From Fidelibacterota bacterium (GTDB lineage Bacteria; Fidelibacterota; Marinisomatia; Marinisomatales; S15-B10): a DNA stretch of 25,264 nt. The stretch lies in the NCBI GenBank assembly GCA_046861655.1, contig JBHIAI010000013.1:1-25264 (forward strand), read 5' to 3'. The position numbers and the translations under genes are program-made. The notes beneath the pieces are model-generated. The model searched no databases. It was given only the letters and a program-made list of their open reading frames with translations, and had not been told where the DNA came from. Below are positions 1-5,996 of the stretch, piece by piece. Every line of letters begins with the position of its first letter. Position 1 is the first letter of the stretch.

Positions 1-1158
1 GCAGACTCCCTTGTTGTCGAATTCTATGTGAGTGGGACCCAATCCGGCGTCTATGTCCCGGGAGACATAGGTCTTATCGATGATTCTTACGCCGAATTCT
101 TCCCCTGTGAACCGTTTTTCGGCGATGGCCTGTCTCACCTTTGTGTAATCGACCATCCTGACGATAGTCGTGGCTTTTCCCCCCACCACAGCGTATCTCC
201 CTGTGGGCGATACATCCACACCGTGAGGGTTCAAAGGACACGGAACGGCATAGACTTCCACATCCCTCCATGAAATAACGGGCACGTCGGGCGCTTCCTT
301 GGTCGTAATGTACTTGCCCTCCTTCACCGCCTGACGGATGCTCTCGATATTCCAGAAGAAAATGTAGTCCTCCGGTCTTTGGAACATCCCCACGACATTC
401 GTGGATCTTTCTGTATTGTAAGCGGTGTTGACAAGCCACCCGTCCATCTCACCCCAGCCCACGCGAACCATGTCGAATTGCCAGGGACCCCACACCTGCC
501 AGGCCGTTTTCATGGTGCCATCCTCTGCGATGTCAACTCCCGTAAGGCAGGAAGCATACGGACCCTTTATTTCATCGATGTCAATGTTGAGGTATTCCCG
601 TATCTCCCTGGCGGGATACTGTTCCAGTTCGATGTTCGCTACGAGCAGGTCCGTGTTGGGACCCACGTGAGCGCCATGGATTCCCCCCTTCACGTTGGGT
701 AGCCAGATGATCTCAGCCGTGCGAAAGGTGGAAAGATCTATCCGGGCCATCCGGGCGTAGGTCTTGTCGTTGATGAAGAGCCATCGGCCGTCGTAGACGC
801 CGTCGGTCTTGCTGATGGCAGGATGGTGGGTATCGCCAGACTGTACCACCTCCCCGGTCCTGGGATTCGTTAACAGTTTCTTGACAAACGGGTTGGACAG
901 GGTCCACCCTGTGGCCGCCGTCGGTTCAAACACGGGGATTTCCTGCAATAGCTTCATGGACGGGATGCTGTAAACGTAAAGCCCACCCTGCTGTCCCCCA
1001 CTGGCGAAAACGTAGAATTCGTCGTTTTTCTGCCAGAACTGGTGGGGCATGGGATAGACTCTCTGGTATGGGTTCACTCCGGACTGTTTCTTCGGGCCAC
1101 AACCGACAAAGAACAGGCCACTCAGTACCAATAGTCCGGCTGTTTTTGTCCACTTCAT
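1..1158 (-). CDS. nosZ: Nitrous oxide reductase (NosZ family), divergent, Sec/lipoprotein signal; N-terminal beta-propeller part only, 3' end runs off the window
   Basis: Manually translated (not in ORF track): ATG at 1158 preceded by AAGGAGG; 386 codons open to position 1. MKWTKTAGLLVLSGLFFVGC (lipobox)...DEFYVFASGGQQGGLYVYSIPSMKLLQEIPVF...GDTHHPAISKTDGVYDGRWLFINDK...ARIDL...GGIHG...YNTE...NPHGVDVSPTG...GLGPTHIEFD. The five CuZ-type His expected in this part are present (H111, H112, H161, H312, H377). Confidence 0.92.
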   Translation of the reverse strand, partial: MKWTKTAGLLVLSGLFFVGCGPKKQSGVNPYQRVYPMPHQFWQKNDEFYVFASGGQQGGLYVYSIPSMKLLQEIPVFEPTAATGWTLSNPFVKKLLTNPRTGEVVQSGDTHHPAISKTDGVYDGRWLFINDKTYARMARIDLSTFRTAEIIWLPNVKGGIHGAHVGPNTDLLVANIELEQYPAREIREYLNIDIDEIKGPYASCLTGVDIAEDGTMKTAWQVWGPWQFDMVRVGWGEMDGWLVNTAYNTERSTNVVGMFQRPEDYIFFWNIESIRQAVKEGKYITTKEAPDVPVISWRDVEVYAVPCPLNPHGVDVSPTGRYAVVGGKATTIVRMVDYTKVRQAIAEKRFTGEEFGVRIIDKTYVSRDIDAGLGPTHIEFDNKGVC

Positions 1159-1194
1159 TTCTGCCTCCTTGTGATTCAATCCATAGACTGCTTC

Positions 1195-1710
1195 TCAAAC
1201 AGCCTCAACAATCAATTTGCCCCGCATCTGGTAGTGGGCCAGACTGCAGAAAACCGTGCATTCGATGGCGAATTCTCCCGGAACGGTGGCTTTGAACGTA
1301 ATCTCCTTTACCACATTCGACCGCAGGCCCGTGACCCAAATGTCGTAGGGGCCCAGAACGTGGAATCCGTGTCCGCTGAACTCTTTCAATCCCGTGATTT
1401 TCGGGAGGTCGCCGTCGTCGCCCCCTTTCAGGACAAGCTTCACGACCTGATTCTGTTTCACACGAATCACGTTCGGTTTGTACTCGGATGTGACCACATC
1501 GATAGTGATGGTGACGTCCGGGTTTCCCAGCGGGTTGGCGGGCTGCCTTGACGGTTCGGAAATCCTCGCGTACGGTCCTGACCATCGTTTCGTCCCGGGG
1601 ACAAACTCTTCTGTTTGAGCCAGCCAGCCGTCCCGTGTACAGGAAATGATACCCAGAAGCAGAATCATCACCACGGTTCCTCGGGCCGCTTTCTCCATCA
1701 TGCTATACAC
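1195..1710 (-). CDS. CuA-type cupredoxin lipoprotein (start may be ATG 1701)
   Basis: Signal peptide ending in lipobox IISC; HGF...CTVFCSLAHYQM = H...CxxxCxxxHxxM CuA ligand set; overlaps/abuts the SCO stop codon. Confidence 0.85.
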   Translation of the reverse strand: MYSMMEKAARGTVVMILLLGIISCTRDGWLAQTEEFVPGTKRWSGPYARISEPSRQPANPLGNPDVTITIDVVTSEYKPNVIRVKQNQVVKLVLKGGDDGDLPKITGLKEFSGHGFHVLGPYDIWVTGLRSNVVKEITFKATVPGEFAIECTVFCSLAHYQMRGKLIVEAV

Positions 1711-2380
1711 CCCCTTCCTGAAGCAAATGCTTGATGTCTTTGACGATTACCTCCTGCGGGTCCACCAATCCGATATACCGGTACCGGACGTTTTCATTCC
1801 TGTCTATCAGGGTCACCATGTAGCTGTGATAGACAAGATCCACACTTCTTTTTTCCTTCACGAAGACCCTGTATGCGTCCCAAACCTCTTGCAGTTCGGA
1901 TTCGCTCCCCGTCAGGAAACGCCACTTCCCTCCAAATCCCCTGGTGTATGCCTTGATCCTCTCCGGAGTGTCCCTTCTCGGGTCGGTAGTGATGAATATC
2001 AACACCAGGTCTTTTTCCACAATATCATTGAACTCCCGCTGAATATGACGGAAGTGCTGAGTCAACAATCCGCAAACATCCGGACAGCTGGTATAGATGA
2101 ATCCGATCAAAACAAGCTTCCCGTCAAAATCGCTTAGCTGGGTGACACCGTTGTCCATATCGGTGAGTGTGAAGTCGAAGGCCTTCCGGGGTTCCAAAAG
2201 TTCAATCCTTCTCACCACCTGTTTCCCGGCGACCTCGGGGTTTTCCAGGGCAGGATGTTCAAAGGTGAAAGTCTCGTTCTCACCTTCCCGGAATTGCTGC
2301 AGGGCCCTGAAGGCCAGAATGAGGACGATAACGACACCGATGACGATCAGGAGATTGAGCCGCGGTTTCATCCCTCGCAC
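1703..2380 (-). CDS. SCO1/SenC/PrrC family copper chaperone, N-terminal membrane anchor
   Basis: DFTLTD...GKLVLIGFIYTSCPDVC (CxxxC), TTDPRRDTPE, downstream His in VYHSYMVTLID; hydrophobic N-terminus. Start GTG 2380 or ATG 2371. Confidence 0.93.
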   Translation of the reverse strand: MRGMKPRLNLLIVIGVVIVLILAFRALQQFREGENETFTFEHPALENPEVAGKQVVRRIELLEPRKAFDFTLTDMDNGVTQLSDFDGKLVLIGFIYTSCPDVCGLLTQHFRHIQREFNDIVEKDLVLIFITTDPRRDTPERIKAYTRGFGGKWRFLTGSESELQEVWDAYRVFVKEKRSVDLVYHSYMVTLIDRNENVRYRYIGLVDPQEVIVKDIKHLLQEGGV

Positions 2381-2764
2381 CTATTCAACAACAACTTCCC
2401 CTTTCATCAGCATATGGTGGTCGCTGCACCACACGGAACAATAGAAAGGAAATCTCCCCTGTACGTCCGGAGTAAACGTTACCCTTTCGACCTCTCCCGC
2501 TTTTACTTCCCTCACCATGATGTCGAAGGCGGGAAGATAGAAGCCGTGCGATACCACGTCAACGTTCCTGATGACGATTCTCACTTTCTCACCCCTGGTC
2601 ACCTGGATGGTCTGGGGAAACCAATTGCCCTTGATGGGTTCGCGAGCGAGGAGTTCGACTGTGTCGGGACTCTCCCGGCTCGACTCATAAGCGAAAACTG
2701 CCCAGAGGGTTCCCAGGGAAACCAGGAGAACCAGAACGACGGCGGCAGTTTCCTGAGCACGCAT
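2381..2764 (-). CDS. Small membrane-anchored CuA-type cupredoxin (127 aa)
   Basis: Start reassigned to ATG 2764 (MRAQETAAVVLVLL..., 5 nt after the upstream stop). DVVSHGF...FYCSVWCSDHHMLMKG = CuA ligand set. Confidence 0.85.
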   Translation of the reverse strand: MRAQETAAVVLVLLVSLGTLWAVFAYESSRESPDTVELLAREPIKGNWFPQTIQVTRGEKVRIVIRNVDVVSHGFYLPAFDIMVREVKAGEVERVTFTPDVQGRFPFYCSVWCSDHHMLMKGEVVVE

Positions 2765-2769
2765 AGGAA

Positions 2770-4641
2770 CTAGGCTACAAACAGACGAACGAAGAAAATG
2801 TGGAGGCCCACGAGAAACGCGACCATGGGAATCCAACCCCTTTTTGCCTCCGCCACCGTGGCATACGTTTGCCTGGAAAACTTGAATCCGTAGTCAAGGG
2901 CAAACATCAATCCGACGATAACCAGGGACACCTGGAGGTAGGGCATTGCCCCGGTCAAAACGGGCGTCCACGGATACTTTGCCGTTCCAAACAGGTTCCA
3001 GCCCCACCCGAAAGGGTCGGATAGAATGTGGAGGAGATAGCTGCCATTGGGCAGGATAATACCGATGCTGAAGGCGCCCCATACCGCAAGGCCAACGGGA
3101 ACAAGACAGTACGAGAAGTTGACGAATGCATCTTTGATCTTGACCTCCTGGTTCTTGCTCAGTTTTCTGGACAGGTACACGAACAGGAGAAATACTGCGG
3201 GGATGAAAAGAAAATCAACGAATGTAGCTTCCGCAAGATAGCTGATATATCCACCCAATGTGGTGGCTCTGACCATATCCTTGAATTCGCCAGCGGGACT
3301 CTGGAACGCTCTGAAGAAGACCAGGAAAATCCCGAGCATGGTCAACGCCTTGAAGGCTTCATCCAACCCCCGCCTTCGAAATTTTCTGTCGGTAGGTTTC
3401 CGCTCAGCGAGGAAGTCGGCACCGAACGGCCTCAGGTTCAACGCCATATTATCGTAAGGACACGTCTTGAAACACTCCATGCACATTCCGCAGTACGTAT
3501 TGCGATTTATGTCGTAGGGCTGCTCCATCCAGGGGCAGCCGTACCCCTTTTCATTCCCCACGACACATGTTTTCGGCTTGTGCTCCTTGCAGATATCCGG
3601 ATCTTTCACGCGAACTTCACAGAGGGAAAAATTCGAATAAAGACCCTGAAACCCGCTTACGGGGCACAGAAAAAGGCAGAAGGTCCGCTTTCCGTAGATG
3701 GCGGCCACGATCGTTGCTGCTCCGATGATGAAGGACAAAAGAAGAAAGGTGGCGAAGGGTCTCACTGTGAAGAAACCGGAAAACCAGGTTGCGACGAAAA
3801 AAAGGATAACCAGGGGCCAGAGATTCCTTACTTCGTTGGGCCATCTCTTATTGAGTCCCCATGACTTCTGGCGTCCCACCTTGATCAGTTTTCCTCGCTG
3901 CAGCCAGTCGCCGAAAAGGGGAAATGGACAGACCATACACCAAAGGCGTCCGATGACAGGAACCATAACAATCATGAGGAGAACCCACCAGAGAATCCAG
4001 ACGATCATGATCCCGAAATTGTAGTTGCCTGCTGAGAGACCGCCCACGAAACCTGCCAGGAGAATGACGGCAAACACGAATAGATTGATGATGATCGGGA
4101 CAAAGGGAAACCACCTGCTCTTGAGTAAGGCGCGAACGGGTCTGTACCGGGTAAGCTCGAATCTTAAGTTCAGCGGTATGAAGCCAAACAACCTGTCGGA
4201 CCCAGCGGGATTGGGGTTCCCCCTTTTCCTGAACGACAGACCCAGGGAACCCAGACCGATGAATGCCACAAGGAAAACGCTGGCATAATACCTGGTGTTG
4301 GGCAGAACCTTCAAATATCCCACCATGTACGGGTGAAACTCCCCGCAAGTTTTTGAACAGCGGAACGTAAACTTCCCGGTCTTGTCAGCGTTGATAACGA
4401 CTTCCCTGGTTTCGCCGGGATTGACGAAGAATTCTGTCCCGTAGCCATCGAGGAAGAATCCGTGGGTGACGTCCTGGCTGATGAGTTTTATGATGAGCCT
4501 GTCGCCCTTACTGGCGGTGATGACGCTCGGGGAATAGGCAAACCGTTTTGCCCTGAGTTCGATGTGCTTGTCCCTGGCGGTGGAGGGTTCCGGGGCGCTC
4601 AGCCCCAGGACAATCACCACTGCCCACAGAATCCTTCTCAC
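2770..4641 (-). CDS. CuA-cupredoxin domain fused to NapH/NosH/MauN-like multi-pass membrane polyferredoxin
   Basis: Likely GTG start 4641 (GTGA overlap with upstream stop, GGGAGA SD). Signal peptide; DVTHGF...CSKTCGEFHPYM; then TM helices with two CxxxCP motifs (WCMVCP, FCLFLCP), CKEHKPKTC...GYGCPW and YCGMCMECFKTCP; further C-terminal TM helices. Confidence 0.85.
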   Translation of the reverse strand: MRRILWAVVIVLGLSAPEPSTARDKHIELRAKRFAYSPSVITASKGDRLIIKLISQDVTHGFFLDGYGTEFFVNPGETREVVINADKTGKFTFRCSKTCGEFHPYMVGYLKVLPNTRYYASVFLVAFIGLGSLGLSFRKRGNPNPAGSDRLFGFIPLNLRFELTRYRPVRALLKSRWFPFVPIIINLFVFAVILLAGFVGGLSAGNYNFGIMIVWILWWVLLMIVMVPVIGRLWCMVCPFPLFGDWLQRGKLIKVGRQKSWGLNKRWPNEVRNLWPLVILFFVATWFSGFFTVRPFATFLLLSFIIGAATIVAAIYGKRTFCLFLCPVSGFQGLYSNFSLCEVRVKDPDICKEHKPKTCVVGNEKGYGCPWMEQPYDINRNTYCGMCMECFKTCPYDNMALNLRPFGADFLAERKPTDRKFRRRGLDEAFKALTMLGIFLVFFRAFQSPAGEFKDMVRATTLGGYISYLAEATFVDFLFIPAVFLLFVYLSRKLSKNQEVKIKDAFVNFSYCLVPVGLAVWGAFSIGIILPNGSYLLHILSDPFGWGWNLFGTAKYPWTPVLTGAMPYLQVSLVIVGLMFALDYGFKFSRQTYATVAEAKRGWIPMVAFLVGLHIFFVRLFVA

Positions 4642-5393
4642 GGTTTCTCCCAACTTAGTTTCCGTAGGATCGCGATAGATTTCCTGGAAAAACTTTCCAT
4701 TCTTCCCCCATCCCAGAGGGCGAAGGCAACGTTGAGGCTTGTCCCCGGCTCGAACTCAAACTCCTCTCCCTGATTGCTATCAAGCCGTCTTTTGAACATA
4801 ACCGACCATTTGCCGTCCCTGTAGTCCCCTTTCCCTTCCACATTCTGTCTTGCCATGGGAGTTTGGGTTCCGGGACCGTGAGCGGTTAGTTCACGGACGG
4901 GGTTCGTCGACGTGTTGCCTTTCAGGTACCGCTCCACATTCCTGTCCGCCAGCCATTGCCAGACATTCGCCTTGTCCCCATACCCCATCATCTGGGCGGT
5001 GGCCGGTGCCTCGGCAAGGGCAAACATTATGGCACAGGCATCGGGATTCACAGGAGGTCCAAGATCCTCGGTTTTGTCGTTGAACTCCAGGAGGAAAGCC
5101 ACCTCTTTCCCGTTGTATGCCGCCCTGACCCAAATATCTTTTTCCTCGTTTCCGTAGGGTGACCTTGCCGATTGAGGATACAGGCGTATCTTCTCGGGTT
5201 CAATACCGTTCCAAAAGGGAGCATGGGGATCAAGATCGAATTCTTTGCCCACGTGAGCAACTGTGAGATTGTCCTTAGTTTCTATTTTCTCCCATTTCAG
5301 GTAAATCATGCGGTACAGGACAGCAAAGTAGACTCCCGCCAGGACAAGGGTGACCGCCAGGGTGTATGAAAGGGTCCTGTGGTGTCTTTTCAT
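4638..5393 (-). CDS. Ethylbenzene dehydrogenase gamma-subunit-like (EB_dh / DOMON) heme-b protein with N-terminal anchor (251 aa)
   Basis: Start reassigned to ATG 5393 (MKRHHRTLSY...) to remove the overlap with rrf2. Motifs VRAAYNGKEVAFLLEFNDKTED, PDACAIMF, QMMG...NVWQW, YRDGKWSVMFKRRL, VAFALWDGG...RKS are typical of EB_dh domains. Confidence 0.8.
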   Translation of the reverse strand: MKRHHRTLSYTLAVTLVLAGVYFAVLYRMIYLKWEKIETKDNLTVAHVGKEFDLDPHAPFWNGIEPEKIRLYPQSARSPYGNEEKDIWVRAAYNGKEVAFLLEFNDKTEDLGPPVNPDACAIMFALAEAPATAQMMGYGDKANVWQWLADRNVERYLKGNTSTNPVRELTAHGPGTQTPMARQNVEGKGDYRDGKWSVMFKRRLDSNQGEEFEFEPGTSLNVAFALWDGGRMESFSRKSIAILRKLSWEKP

Positions 5394-5403
5394 CTGTGAC
5401 CTG

Positions 5404-5883
5404 TCAGCCCCCGCTGTCTGAGTCAACATCCAATTCTCCAGTGTGCATGGAGGCGATGTAATCGAGCTTGGTCTGGATTTCATCACTCAACTCCGTTACC
5501 GGAGTATCCCGTAGCATCTGAATGATGATTTTTTTTGCCGAACTCCACAGGGGGTGCAGTGGACACGGATTCTCGTCCTGACACCCGGGAAATCCAACGA
5601 CACAGTAGTCGAGAAACGATTCACCATCCACGATCTTGGCCACCCGTAAAAGGGATATTTCCTCTGGAGGCTGGCTGAGGAGAAAGCCCCCCGCTTTCCC
5701 TTTCTGGGAGACGACTATGCCATGGCGGGCCAGTTGCTGAAGGATTTTCCCGAGGAAATGGTTTGGGATGTCCAGTGCCTCGGCAATATCTCTCTGCAAT
5801 ATGGGGGTGTCCGGCTGTTGAGCAGCCAGATAGATGACGGACTGAATCGCGTATTGACAGGCCTTGCTGAACAAAACAGACAT
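5404..5883 (-). CDS. Rrf2 family transcriptional regulator with Fe-S ligand motif
   Basis: FSKACQYAIQSVIYLA...IAEALDIPNHFLGKILQQL...SQKGKAGGF (Rrf2 wHTH); CVVGFPGCQDENPCPLH (Cx6Cx5Cx2H). Confidence 0.95.
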   Translation of the reverse strand: MSVLFSKACQYAIQSVIYLAAQQPDTPILQRDIAEALDIPNHFLGKILQQLARHGIVVSQKGKAGGFLLSQPPEEISLLRVAKIVDGESFLDYCVVGFPGCQDENPCPLHPLWSSAKKIIIQMLRDTPVTELSDEIQTKLDYIASMHTGELDVDSDSGG

Positions 5884-5897
5884 AAGAAAAGTTTAAG

Positions 5898-5925
5898 TCA
5901 GACAATCAGACCCGATTGTCTGATT
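5898..5925. promoter_or_regulatory. Palindromic operator (putative Rrf2 site) over the predicted transcription start
   Basis: Perfect inverted repeats TCAGACAATC-N6-GATTGTCTGA (5898-5923) and overlapping AATCAGAC-N6-GTCTGATT (5904-5925), immediately downstream of the -10 box. Confidence 0.7.
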
Positions 5926-5926
5926 A

Positions 5927-5956
5927 ATTATACAAAAAAATCCTGAACCATGGCAA
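5927..5956 (-). promoter_or_regulatory. sigma70-type promoter for rrf2-nos cluster
   Basis: Minus strand TTGCCA (5956-5951) - 18 bp - TATAAT (5932-5927) in an AT-rich intergenic gap. Confidence 0.7.
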
Positions 5957-5996
5957 GAAATTTTTTCTGTACCCTGTCAAGCGGAGAATTCTGTCA

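Noticed and set aside
1170..1186. TGTGA-N6-CCATA, Crp/Fnr-like half site upstream of nosZ
   Set aside because: Second half matches only 3/5, the gap is 36 bp with no promoter, and it abuts the SD.
28..1198. Short ORFs in the track over 1-1198 (both strands)
   Set aside because: All are shadows of the nosZ frame (1158 to the edge), which has an SD and clear family motifs.
1195..4641. Reading the CuA proteins plus SCO as a cytochrome c oxidase operon
   Set aside because: No subunit I/III or ctaA/B genes, the cupredoxins lack the two-TM CoxII N-terminus, and the adjacent enzyme is NosZ-like.
5394..5486. N-terminal extension of the EB_dh ORF (track start 5486)
   Set aside because: Overlaps the rrf2 C-terminus; ATG 5393 gives a normal basic-then-hydrophobic anchor.
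1..5956. nos cluster as a mobile island
   Set aside because: No integrase, transposase, tRNA or flanking direct repeats seen; any GC difference looks small and I could not quantify it.
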